Origin: a virus
Taxonomy: Duplodnaviria; Caudoviricetes
IMG/VR virus record: IMGVR_UViG_3300008116_000247
Location: 1 to 25,814 of that record
Reading direction: 5' to 3' (one strand)
Length of the DNA stretch: 25,814 nucleotides
The notes under the pieces were generated by a model that ran no database searches, was not told where the DNA came from, and saw nothing but the letters and a program-made list of their open reading frames with translations. The translations under genes were made by a program, and so were the position numbers. Positions 1 through 8,900 of this stretch are shown here, one piece after another. Position 1 is the first letter of the stretch. Every line of letters begins with the position of its first letter.

Positions 1-51
1 TCAAAATGGAACGGTTCTTTCCTCGGTTCCGTGAATGAACTTTTAAAATAA
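1..51 (+). CDS. 3' end of upstream gene (probable capsid scaffold/maturation protease), partial
   Basis: Frame 1 reads SKWNGSFLGSVNELLK-TAA(49-51) directly before the capsid RBS. Product is inferred from position only. Confidence 0.55.
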   Translation, partial: SKWNGSFLGSVNELLK

Positions 52-70
52 AAGGTAGGTGAAAAATATA

Positions 71-1123
71 ATGAGCAATGAAATGTTAGAAAAAGCAGTT
101 GCAGCAAATACAACAGTAACTGGAAACATGACAGGTTCAGCCACAGCCACAACAGGTATTCACGTTGCAGCTGAGGGAGAAGGAGGACTTCTCAACCCTG
201 AGCAGTCAGCACGTTTCCTCGATTACATGTTCGATGCAACAGTAATTGGTAAAGTAGCTCGTACTGTTCGCATGCGAGCAGACACTACTGAGATTGATCG
301 CATTGGTGTTGGTGAGAAGCTTATGGTTCTCGCTACAGAAGCAGACCAGACTGGTGGAAACGCCGCTGTTACCTTCTCCAAGATCTCTCTTACAACAAAG
401 AAGCTTCGCTTGGACTGGGAGCTTTCAACAGAATCACTTGAAGACAATATCGAAGGTCCAGATCTAGAAGATCATATTGCACGTATGATGGCAACACAGG
501 CAGGTAATGACATTGAGGATGTACTCCTAAATGGTAATACTTCGCTAACATCAGATAACCTTTATAAGGCATTTGATGGTGTAGTCAAGAAGGCAAAGAC
601 CTATGGTCACGTTGTAGATGCAGCAGGTGCTGGTATCAGCCGTGCTCTCTTCAACTCAGCTCTTAAGGAGCTTCCACGTAAGTACAAGCAGCGTCGTTCA
701 GACCTGCGCTTCCTAGCTGGTTCCAATTTGATTCAGGACTTCCTGTACGCAAATAGCATTGGAACAAACAACACAATCCCACAAGATATCGCATCAAGCG
801 TTATCCGTGGAGAGGGTGTACAGCCACTAGGTGGTCCAGCAGGATATGTCGCACCATTCGCATTCGGTATTCCGATTGTCGAAGTCCCACTTCTTCCAGA
901 AGCACAGGACGGCGATTATTCAGGCGAGACTGGCAACCACGGAGATGTCCACTTGACATTCCCAAATAACGTAGTTATTGGTATCAAGCGTGACGTAACT
1001 GTCTATCGCTTCTTCTGGCCAAAGAAGGATGCTATCGAGTACACAATGTATACTCGTGTTGGCGTTCAAATTGAGCAAGCAGACGCATGGGTTGTAGTTA
1101 AGAACGTTAAGGTCGCTTCCTAA
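71..1123 (+). CDS. Major capsid protein, HK97 fold (350 aa)
   Basis: GGLLNPEQSARFLDY N-arm, TLTTKKLRL/WELSTESLEDNIEG, LLNGN..FDG, FGIPIVEVP and YTMYTRVGVQIE motifs. Strong codon bias. ATG at 71 is preferred over GTG at 59 because AGGTAGGTG lies 9 nt upstream. Confidence 0.93.
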   Translation: MSNEMLEKAVAANTTVTGNMTGSATATTGIHVAAEGEGGLLNPEQSARFLDYMFDATVIGKVARTVRMRADTTEIDRIGVGEKLMVLATEADQTGGNAAVTFSKISLTTKKLRLDWELSTESLEDNIEGPDLEDHIARMMATQAGNDIEDVLLNGNTSLTSDNLYKAFDGVVKKAKTYGHVVDAAGAGISRALFNSALKELPRKYKQRRSDLRFLAGSNLIQDFLYANSIGTNNTIPQDIASSVIRGEGVQPLGGPAGYVAPFAFGIPIVEVPLLPEAQDGDYSGETGNHGDVHLTFPNNVVIGIKRDVTVYRFFWPKKDAIEYTMYTRVGVQIEQADAWVVVKNVKVAS

Positions 1124-1141
1124 TTAGGAATTAGATCTGCT

Positions 1142-1176
1142 GAAAGGCCCCCATTAATTTGGGGGCTTTTCCTTTT
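1142..1176 (+). terminator. Rho-independent terminator after major capsid gene
   Basis: GAAAGGCCCCCA (1142-1153) / TTAATT loop / TGGGGGCTTTTC (1160-1171): 12-bp stem with one G-U, followed by CTTTT. Confidence 0.88.
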
Positions 1177-1186
1177 AATGTACTAA

Positions 1187-1195
1187 TGCTATAAT
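1187..1195 (+). promoter_or_regulatory. Extended -10 promoter (TGcTATAAT)
   Basis: TG-C-TATAAT just after the terminator and upstream of the AAGGAG RBS of the 1222 gene. The -35 region is poor (TTTTCC). Confidence 0.7.
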
Positions 1196-1221
1196 TAAAT
1201 GACCTACAAAAGGAGAAATTA

Positions 1222-1617
1222 ATGTCATTTGATACATTGAAAGTTGCAGAGCTGAAGCAAATTGCCGAAGACTTTGCAGTAGATATTAAAGGATTGGGCG
1301 GTAAAAAAGAAATTGTAGCTGCTCTTGCAGAAGAAGGCGTGACCTGGGCTATTTATAAGAAAGCCAAGGGTATAGAGGAAGAAGAAAAAGAAATGAATGA
1401 TACATTGCCAAAGGTGGAAACAAAAGTAGTTAATAAAGAAGATATGGTTCTTGTTAAGATGATCCGCCCTAATTTCAGTTATGAAACACGAGGACATCGT
1501 TTTACCAAGGAGCATCCATTTGTTGCTATGGACAAAGATACAGCCCAAGCAATTTTTGATAAGGAGGAAGGCTTCGTAATGGCAACTCCAGCAGAAGTGC
1601 AGGAGTTCTACAGCTAA
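1222..1617 (+). CDS. Head-associated protein with N-terminal Rho-N/HeH-like helix-extension-helix domain
   Basis: FDTLKVAELKQIAEDFAVDIKGLGGKKEIVAAL matches the Rho_N/SAP-type pattern. AAGGAG RBS present. Position is right after the capsid gene. Confidence 0.7.
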   Translation: MSFDTLKVAELKQIAEDFAVDIKGLGGKKEIVAALAEEGVTWAIYKKAKGIEEEEKEMNDTLPKVETKVVNKEDMVLVKMIRPNFSYETRGHRFTKEHPFVAMDKDTAQAIFDKEEGFVMATPAEVQEFYS

Positions 1618-1626
1618 GCCAATTAA

Positions 1627-2622
1627 ATGGCAGAAATATACACAAAGAGTTATTCAACTGCAAAAACAAAAGTTTTTTTTAGAAACAATATAGTTGATGC
1701 AGACGGTTCAGTAGCTTGCAATATTTATGATATTACAAGCTATACAAACAAAACGGCAAATCAAATTTCTGGCGAACCAGACTATCCAAATGTTTCTACA
1801 ATTAAACTAGAAAACGATATTGGAACATATGAGCTGCCAGTCCCATATGCAATAACCAGTAAGGATAAAAACCTAAGATTGGTTTGGACATATCAGGTAG
1901 GCGGAGTGCCAGTAAATCATACATCATATTTGCAAGTAGTTACTCCATATTGTGATATAGCAAATGCCATAGAAGATTTAGACTGGGGAACAGACCCGTC
2001 AGATCCAAACGCTAAATCTTATCATGAAATTCAAATGGCAGAAAAATATGCCAGAGAAATTATAGAAGATTATACTGGTCAAGATTTTTTCTTATACGAC
2101 GATAAAGAAGTTGTGTATGGGGTAGATTCTGATATCCTCGTACTGTCTTCAAAGATTAACCAAATTCATAAGCTATATGCTGATGATGTTTTGCTTGTGG
2201 ATAACACAGCAAACCCACCAGTAAATAATTGGGGATATACTCCAATTGTATCTGAGAACGGATACGGCATAAGAATTGATAGAACAAACTTTTTAGATAA
2301 TACTGTATATCTTGCAAACGGAATGGTTCCTCCAACAATTAACGAATCATATTCTGGACAAGCATTTAGAAGAGGTGTTAGATACCGTGTCGAGGGCGAG
2401 TTCGGATGGGACAATGTCCCAGATGAGGTAGAGCAAGCTTGCATTCAGCTTATGGGTCATTACTTTGATAAGGACAGACATTGGAAGGATCAATATCTAA
2501 AGAAGGTGTCCTCATTTGACTGGAACTTTCAATACGGAGCTGAGATATCATCAGGTACAGGTTGTGCCTATGCAGATAAGCTGCTGGCAGACTATGTAAT
2601 AACACAAATGGTTGTGATCTAA
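1627..2622 (+). CDS. Head-to-tail adaptor (SPP1 gp15/HK97 gp6-like) with N-terminal Ig-like extension
   Basis: AREIIEDYTGQDF and GEFGWDNVPDEVEQACIQLMGHYF...ADKLLADY motifs are typical of connector proteins; synteny agrees. Confidence 0.78.
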   Translation: MAEIYTKSYSTAKTKVFFRNNIVDADGSVACNIYDITSYTNKTANQISGEPDYPNVSTIKLENDIGTYELPVPYAITSKDKNLRLVWTYQVGGVPVNHTSYLQVVTPYCDIANAIEDLDWGTDPSDPNAKSYHEIQMAEKYAREIIEDYTGQDFFLYDDKEVVYGVDSDILVLSSKINQIHKLYADDVLLVDNTANPPVNNWGYTPIVSENGYGIRIDRTNFLDNTVYLANGMVPPTINESYSGQAFRRGVRYRVEGEFGWDNVPDEVEQACIQLMGHYFDKDRHWKDQYLKKVSSFDWNFQYGAEISSGTGCAYADKLLADYVITQMVVI

Positions 2623-2623
2623 A

Positions 2624-3052
2624 ATGTTTAGCGTAATAGATGCAGTCCTTTCTATGAAGATTGACATTTATAAGCAAATAGATTCACAAAATGCAGATAC
2701 TGGAGCAATAGTAAAAGAGTGGATTTATTACAAGACTCTGCCTTGTCATGCAAAAGGAGTTATTAGTAATTCTTCTTCTACCCGCACAAATAGCATTCAG
2801 TCTTTTGGCACCAAGTATGAAAATCAAGAAATTTTGCAATTAAGAACTGTAGAGAAGTTGACCTTTAGGGAAAAGGTTACTAACGTAAGAGACTCAAAGG
2901 GTAATGTAATTTGGGTAGAGTTAAACTATCCAACTGAGACCCCCACCGTGTTTGAGGTGATTGGAAGCACACCAGTAACAGATGCATTTGGCGAAATAAT
3001 TGCATATAACTCTGTACTGAAGAGATCGGAGAATCAGACAATTGGACTATAG
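2624..3052 (+). CDS. Head-to-tail stopper / head closure protein
   Basis: IDIYKQ..Q..DTGAIVKEW...TLPC pattern of SPP1 gp16-like proteins; follows the adaptor gene. Confidence 0.7.
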   Translation: MFSVIDAVLSMKIDIYKQIDSQNADTGAIVKEWIYYKTLPCHAKGVISNSSSTRTNSIQSFGTKYENQEILQLRTVEKLTFREKVTNVRDSKGNVIWVELNYPTETPTVFEVIGSTPVTDAFGEIIAYNSVLKRSENQTIGL

Positions 3053-3821
3053 CGTTCCTTTGATTCAGGCATCAAGTGGGCTTAAGAACCTTATGGTCAA
3101 GTCCAGCGGCGGGGTATTAAAAGAAAGTCTAGTAGCACAAGTATCAGCTTACATGTATTATAATGTTCAAGTTATAAGTAAACTGACTACAAATGTAGCA
3201 TTTCAAAATAGATTTAATGAAGTTATATTTAATCAGATTAATAAAGACTTTGCAGAGTATGTAGATTCTCAAGCCAGAATAAAGCCAAAATCATTACACC
3301 ATGTATATGAATGGCGTCAGACTGGCGATCCTGGATCAAGACTATTTAAATTAAATAAATTAGATTCTTTAGGACTTGGGTTTTCAATGACCTATGATTT
3401 TCTTCCATCTAAGTCTTTTGCATCAGCAGAAGGAAATCGTAAACATGTATTTGTAAGTAAAGCGTCTGTGATGGAAGCTGGAATGCCTCTTAAAATTGCT
3501 CCACGCCATTCTAAGCGCCTTGTATTCGAAACTAATGGTTATACAGTCTTTATGCCAGAAGGGGCCTCTGTGGTCGTTAAAAGGCCTGGAGGAACCAGCG
3601 TAAAAAATTCTTTCATGATGACATATTCTAAATTTTTTAGAACTAATTTAGTTAATGTTTCTATTAAGAGGTCAGGATTCCAGCAATTGTTTAATAGGTC
3701 AATGACTAGAGCTCTTAATTTACCATCTGAAATAAAGACAGTCAAATATTCATTTAATCCTAATACAATCTCTATTCAAGCAGATGCAGCATTATCTGCA
3801 GCATTCGGAGGAGCCCTATAG
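3042..3821 (+). CDS. Neck/tail-completion protein (HK97 gp10-like position)
   Basis: 259-aa ORF between stopper and tail terminator, with a TTG start after GGAG. Contains LHHVYEW and KASVMEAG motifs. Confidence 0.55.
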   Translation: MDYSVPLIQASSGLKNLMVKSSGGVLKESLVAQVSAYMYYNVQVISKLTTNVAFQNRFNEVIFNQINKDFAEYVDSQARIKPKSLHHVYEWRQTGDPGSRLFKLNKLDSLGLGFSMTYDFLPSKSFASAEGNRKHVFVSKASVMEAGMPLKIAPRHSKRLVFETNGYTVFMPEGASVVVKRPGGTSVKNSFMMTYSKFFRTNLVNVSIKRSGFQQLFNRSMTRALNLPSEIKTVKYSFNPNTISIQADAALSAAFGGAL

Positions 3822-4336
3822 TGCCAGTTAATTATAAAATAGATGCAATGCTTGAACTTCGTAAATATGTTTGGGCTAAATTACAGGCGGCAGAAATATT
3901 TGATCCAGAAGATTACTATAGCGACAATATAGGAGAAACCCTAGTTCCGATATTCCCTGTTCAACAGCAGGCTGAAATGAGTCAATTCTTGAGCGGGAAG
4001 AAACATATAATCTATGACAAGATTGGGGTAGCTTATGATACCCTATGGCTTATATGTAATGAGCAGATATTGTTCACAGTCTATTCAACAGATGTTTCAG
4101 AGATCAATGAGATTAAAAATTTTATGATAGATGAATTTAGACGCATGGATGAATCGGCTGTTGATGTAAATCGTTCGTCTGGCTTTAATTCAGAGAAATT
4201 TAAATTCCACAGCATATATGTCTCAGATATGTCCCCAACAGAGCCCTCAGAGGAGCTACATGGCTTCTATTCGGCAGATATAATCATTGAGGCCAAATAC
4301 TCTCGTATAACAAATAGCTCTGGTAGATACGTATAA
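3821..4336 (+). CDS. Tail terminator protein
   Basis: Acidic 171-aa protein immediately before the tail tube gene, with a TAGTG stop/start overlap. Confidence 0.65.
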   Translation: MPVNYKIDAMLELRKYVWAKLQAAEIFDPEDYYSDNIGETLVPIFPVQQQAEMSQFLSGKKHIIYDKIGVAYDTLWLICNEQILFTVYSTDVSEINEIKNFMIDEFRRMDESAVDVNRSSGFNSEKFKFHSIYVSDMSPTEPSEELHGFYSADIIIEAKYSRITNSSGRYV

Positions 4337-4342
4337 TTAGGT

Positions 4343-4371
4343 TTGCCTTTTTACCCCCTATGGCCTAAAAT
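4343..4371 (+). promoter_or_regulatory. sigma70-type promoter for major tail gene
   Basis: TTGCCT (4343-4348), 17 bp, TAAAAT (4366-4371) in the intergenic gap. AGGAGGT RBS at 4431-4437. Confidence 0.65.
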
Positions 4372-4444
4372 TGGACATAGAGGAAAGAGGAAAGGGCCTA
4401 GCCAGCCTAACAATTTAATTTTTAAAAATTAGGAGGTAGAAACA

Positions 4445-5164
4445 ATGGCATTTAACAATGCTAAAAACATTATCGTCGGTGCTGCCCCTGTGTACATTAC
4501 GACAAAAGATTCAACTGATCCTACTTATGTAGCAGATTACGAAAACCTTTTGGAAGCTGGCCACATCAGCTTCACACCACGTACAGCAGCAGCTACCGCT
4601 CTCGATGCAAGTGCTAAAGTCCGTAACGTAGGTTTTACCAACAACGGTCTTCAGATTACTTACAACCCAACTTACGAAGATGTTACTGTAGATCAGCTTC
4701 TTGACGCAGCTAAGTTGTTCAAGTCTGCTATGCAGGTTATGATCATGACTGAAATGACTGAAGGAACACTACAGAACGTTCTTACTGTTTTCGGACAGGG
4801 AACAGACACTCTTACCAAGTCTGGTACAGAGTCAGGCGATCTTTATCCAACAAAGGGCGCAACTGGCGCACAGGATGCAGATTTGACTCTTGGATTCGAA
4901 GCAGGTGCTCTAGGTATTGCTCCGACTGAGCGTCAACTTATTGCAGTTGGACAGGCTCCAACATTCGCAAAGTCAGGCTCTTCAGAAGTAAGCGCATCAA
5001 CTGAGCGTGTATATTATGCTCGCCGTGTTCTCTCTGTTCAACAGACACAGTTCACATTGGCACGTAATACACCAACCACATTCCCAGTAACCTTCCGTCT
5101 CCTTCCAGATGCCCGCTATGCAGGTTCGGAATACGGTAAGATTATTGATCGAGTATTGGCTTAA
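4445..5164 (+). CDS. Major tail (tube) protein
   Basis: KNIIVGAA, VGFTNNGLQITYNPTYEDVTVDQLLD and TTFPVTFRLLPD motifs of actinophage-type tail tubes. Strong RBS and high-expression codon bias. Confidence 0.9.
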   Translation: MAFNNAKNIIVGAAPVYITTKDSTDPTYVADYENLLEAGHISFTPRTAAATALDASAKVRNVGFTNNGLQITYNPTYEDVTVDQLLDAAKLFKSAMQVMIMTEMTEGTLQNVLTVFGQGTDTLTKSGTESGDLYPTKGATGAQDADLTLGFEAGALGIAPTERQLIAVGQAPTFAKSGSSEVSASTERVYYARRVLSVQQTQFTLARNTPTTFPVTFRLLPDARYAGSEYGKIIDRVLA

Positions 5165-5182
5165 TTTAATTTAGGCTATTAG

Positions 5183-5215
5183 CAAAACCCCCATTTTTAT
5201 GGGGGTTTTGTGCTT
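5183..5215 (+). terminator. Rho-independent terminator after major tail gene
   Basis: Perfect 12-bp stem CAAAACCCCCAT (5183-5194) / TTTT / ATGGGGGTTTTG (5199-5210), followed by T-rich sequence. Confidence 0.88.
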
Positions 5216-5242
5216 GTATTAATAATATTGATTTGTTATAAT
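5214..5242 (+). promoter_or_regulatory. sigma70-type promoter with extended -10 for chaperone/TMP operon
   Basis: TTGTAT (5214-5219), 17 bp, TATAAT (5237-5242), with TG at 5234-5235. Confidence 0.78.
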
Positions 5243-5268
5243 GTTTATAACTATCCAAGGAGGATAAA

Positions 5269-5601
5269 TTGGCAACTACAGTATACGACGTAGAAGAAAT
5301 TAAATTACAAAATGGCGAAACAATCCAGTTGAAGCCACTATCAATTAAGCAGCTGCGTAAATTTATGGCAGCAATGAATAAGGCTCAAGAAGCCACAACA
5401 GAAAATGAATCATTAAGCGTACTTATTGATGCATGTGCTATTGCTTTGGAAACACAACTACCAGAATTGGTAAAAGATCGTGATGCCTTGGAAGAGGCTC
5501 TTGATGTTCCAACAATTAACAGAATTCTTGAAGTATGCGGAGGAATTAAACTCGACGACCCAAACCTAATAGCGGCGGCGGTTCTGGCTGGTCAGAACTA
5601 G
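5269..5601 (+). CDS. Tail assembly chaperone (gpG-like)
   Basis: Lies between tail tube and TMP. TTG start with AAGGAGGA RBS. IQLKPLSIKQLRKF motif. Slippery site near the 3' end. Confidence 0.88.
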   Translation: MATTVYDVEEIKLQNGETIQLKPLSIKQLRKFMAAMNKAQEATTENESLSVLIDACAIALETQLPELVKDRDALEEALDVPTINRILEVCGGIKLDDPNLIAAAVLAGQN

Positions 5602-5611
5602 ACCTTGCCGC
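5559..5611 (+). promoter_or_regulatory. Programmed -1 ribosomal frameshift signal
   Basis: In-frame C CCA AAC heptamer (5559-5565), 6-nt spacer, then stem-loop 5572-5611. The -1 frame is open to 5927. Confidence 0.85.
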
Positions 5612-5927
5612 ATTAGTTAAGGAAGTTTTTCTTTTAGGATCTTGGATAAACTACCAAGACCTAGAAGAAAGCCTCTCTCTTCCAGAGCTTTTGCAAACGT
5701 TAGAAACGATGCAAAAGAAAGAGAGGGAAAACAAAATATTCTTGGCATCTCTACAAGGAGTAGACCTAAGAGATGAGCAAGATCAAAAAGGTCCAACCTT
5801 CGATGATATCCGATTGAAGGCCATGGGGATAAATGCATCAACGGATGATGTGGTTTCTCTTCAAGGGTCATTCGCCGCAGAAGCGGGATTCGGAATCAAT
5901 GCAGGACTTGGATACTCTAAGGAGTAA
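5565..5927 (+). CDS. -1 frame extension of the chaperone (gpT part of gpGT fusion, ~219 aa in total from 5269)
   Basis: The -1 frame reads PNSGGGSGWSELDLAALVKEVFLLGSWINYQDLEESLSLPELLQTLETMQ...GLGYSKE*. It is open well upstream of the ORF-track start at 5691, which has no RBS. Confidence 0.85.
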   Translation, partial: PNSGGGSGWSELDLAALVKEVFLLGSWINYQDLEESLSLPELLQTLETMQKKERENKIFLASLQGVDLRDEQDQKGPTFDDIRLKAMGINASTDDVVSLQGSFAAEAGFGINAGLGYSKE

Positions 5928-5938
5928 TAAGCATATAA

Positions 5939-8900
5939 ATGGCTGATGAAAAAATTGTAACTAGTATAGTTGCTAATTCTGATTTTTCAAATCTTATTGC
6001 AGATGTGCAACGAGTTACGACCAGTCTATTTAAAATGCAGCAACAGTTTGCTGGAGCTAACAGATCTCTTGCAGGACAGATTGATGCAACGAACGCAATG
6101 TTCAAAGAGACAATGCTCAAGACTGGGCAGTTCTCTTCACACTTTGTTAGCTTAACTTCTGATGTAGAAAAGTTTGGTAGAAATCTAGATGGCGGTAGAC
6201 TAAAGCTAAAAGATTACTTTAGAACATATCAAGAGCATGCTAGAACAAGCGGCGGTCTTATAAGAGACCTAGCTAAACAACAGGTACAATTACAAAATGC
6301 TGTATTGCAACCCCTAGGAAGAAATTCCCAGGGGCTTATGCAATATAACGTGCATATCCCTCGTGGATTAGATTTAACTAAGAATAAAGCATCATTGTTG
6401 AAGCAAGAGCTTCAGATTATGAATAAGGTTATTCAGGATGGCGGAGTTCAACTTATTAACTGGGGTAAGAATACTCAATGGGCAGGTCGTCAGTTAACAG
6501 TAGGTTTAACTTTACCGTTAGCTGCATTTGGTAAAGCTGCGGCAGATGCATTTAAAGTAGCAGATCAAGAGCTAACTCGTTTGACTAAGGTTTACGGAGA
6601 TGTGGCAGGAACATCAGCACAAGAGCTAGGAAAAGTAAGAGAAGAAGTTTCAGCAACAGCTAAAGAACTATCTGCGGCTATGGGCGTTAACTTTGCAGAA
6701 ACTATCGGTCTTGCTGCAGATATTGCTGCTACTGGTAAAACTGGAAATGAATTACTTGGATCATTAAAAGAAACTACAAGACTAGCAGTTCTTGGTGAAG
6801 TTGATAGACAAGAAGCTATGAAAGCAACTCTTGCAGTACAGTCAGCATTTAGACAAGACACTGATGAGCTAGCGGACTCAATTAACTTTTTAAACGCAGT
6901 TGAAAACCAAACATCAACAACCCTTAATGATCTTGTAGAAGCAATTCCAAAAGCTGGGCCAGTTATAAAAGGTTTGGGTGGAAGCGTACAAGATTTAGCT
7001 CTTTATCTTACCGCTATGAGAGAAGGCGGAATTAACGCATCAGAAGGTGCAAATGCTTTGAAGTCTGCTCTAGCTTCTTTGATTAACCCAACAGATGTTG
7101 CGGTGGATAAGTTTAAAGGATTTGGAATTGATCTCCTTGGAATTGTAAAGAACAATGCTGGTGATGTTACAGCTACATTATTTGCTTTACAGGCAGCCCT
7201 AGATAGATTAGATCCACTACAAAAGCAACAGGCAATCGAGCAGCTTTTTGGCAAGTTCCAATTCTCACGTTTGAATGCTTTGTTTGAAAATCTAGGAAGA
7301 CAGGGTAGCCAGACTCTACAGGTTCTAGATCTAATGAGTGCTAGCGCAGGTGAACTTGAAGCCGTAGCAAGCCGAGAGTTAACAGCAGTTACTGAATCTG
7401 CTTCTGGAAGATTCCGCAGAGCATTGGAAACTTTAAAGGCAGAAATGGCAGGAATAGGCGATGACTTCCTAAATATTGGAACTAAGCTTATAAATGTATT
7501 AGGCAGCATTATAGATTTTGCACAAAAGCTACCAGATCCAATTAAAAAAGTTATAGCATTTGGAGGAGCATTTACTGCAATCATAGGTCCAGTAATTATG
7601 CTTACTGGTGTTCTTGCTAACTTCTTTGGATACATAATTAAAGGTCTTGGTCACTTCAAAGCTCTATTTAAAGGAGCAGAAGGATTTAAACTCCTTACGC
7701 CAGAGATCATGGCGGCTCGTGCAGCAAGCGAGCAATTAGGAAATGAATTTTATAGCGACGCTAGAGCAACAGATACTCTTAGATTAGCAATTGAAAAATT
7801 AAATGAAGATCTTTTGCTACTTCAACAAAATGCAGTAAAGGCAAAGTCTGCTACTGAAAGTCTTGGAAAAACAATTGTAACTGCTGCTGGAATGCCTATA
7901 TCTACAATGGGCGGGCCAAGAATAGTTGATCCTTCACACCCATTACTAGGCGGAACATCAAGAGCAGCAGCTCACCTAAATCCTAGAAATCCAAATGATC
8001 CTTCTTCAATATTTGGATTAACAATGCAGCCAATTCCTGTAAATAGAAAGATTGGCGCAAACCCTCAAATATTAATGTCTGAAAGATTGCCAGATGTTCC
8101 AGGTCTTACAACAATTGGCGGAGTTTCAACAGGCGTTGTAGCGGAAGAGCATGCAAGATATGCAGCACTTATGGGAACACTTGGAGTTCAAAGCAAGCAA
8201 GAAATTGATGCTCTAAAGAAAATTATTGGACTGGGAGGTCAAGTATCAAAAGAATTAATTGATACATTTGATGACATACTCCCTATTACTCAACAACTCA
8301 CAGCTAATGCTGCTAAGCAGTCTGCACAAATTGTTGCTGAATTAAAAGCTGGCAAATTAAATGTAGAGCAAGCACGTGCAGCAATTATTGCGGTAAACGC
8401 CGATCTTGAAAGATCCATGGGCATGCAGATATCATCTTATGCGGCAGCTCGTGGAAGAACAATTGATTTAACTAAGGCTCCTCTGATCGATCAGCCAGTT
8501 GTTGATGCCGCTGGAAAGCCAAATGTTCGTGGTCAATTCCGTCAAGGTATTTTCCAGGATGTTATGTCTGCGCTTGGCAAAGCTACAAGAACAAGAACAA
8601 TGGGCGGTCCATATAGCATTGAAACAACTAAGCCTCAGGGATTAAATGCTGGCGGACAAGTTTATATGTCTAGTGGAGCAATAGTTCCAGGACCAAATGT
8701 AAATGCAGACGTAGTTCCAGCAATGCTAACTCCAGGAGAATTTGTTGTAAATAGAGAAGCGACAGCTGCTAATCTTCCATTACTACAAGCAATAAATGGA
8801 AGCGGATCAAATGGTCCAGGATACAATAATGGAAGTAATGGCTCTATAAGAAGCACACAATATGAAGATATGGTGGAGCCAAGATTAACTGGAATAACTC

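Noticed and set aside
5691-5927. Independent 78-aa gene from the ORF track
   Set aside because: It has no RBS, and the frame is open back to the slippery site. It is better explained as the frameshifted gpT segment.
7003-7635. 210-aa minus-strand ORF (also 19171-19719 and other antisense ORFs)
   Set aside because: These are shadows of strongly coding plus-strand genes, with no RBS, no recognisable motifs and mirror-codon composition.
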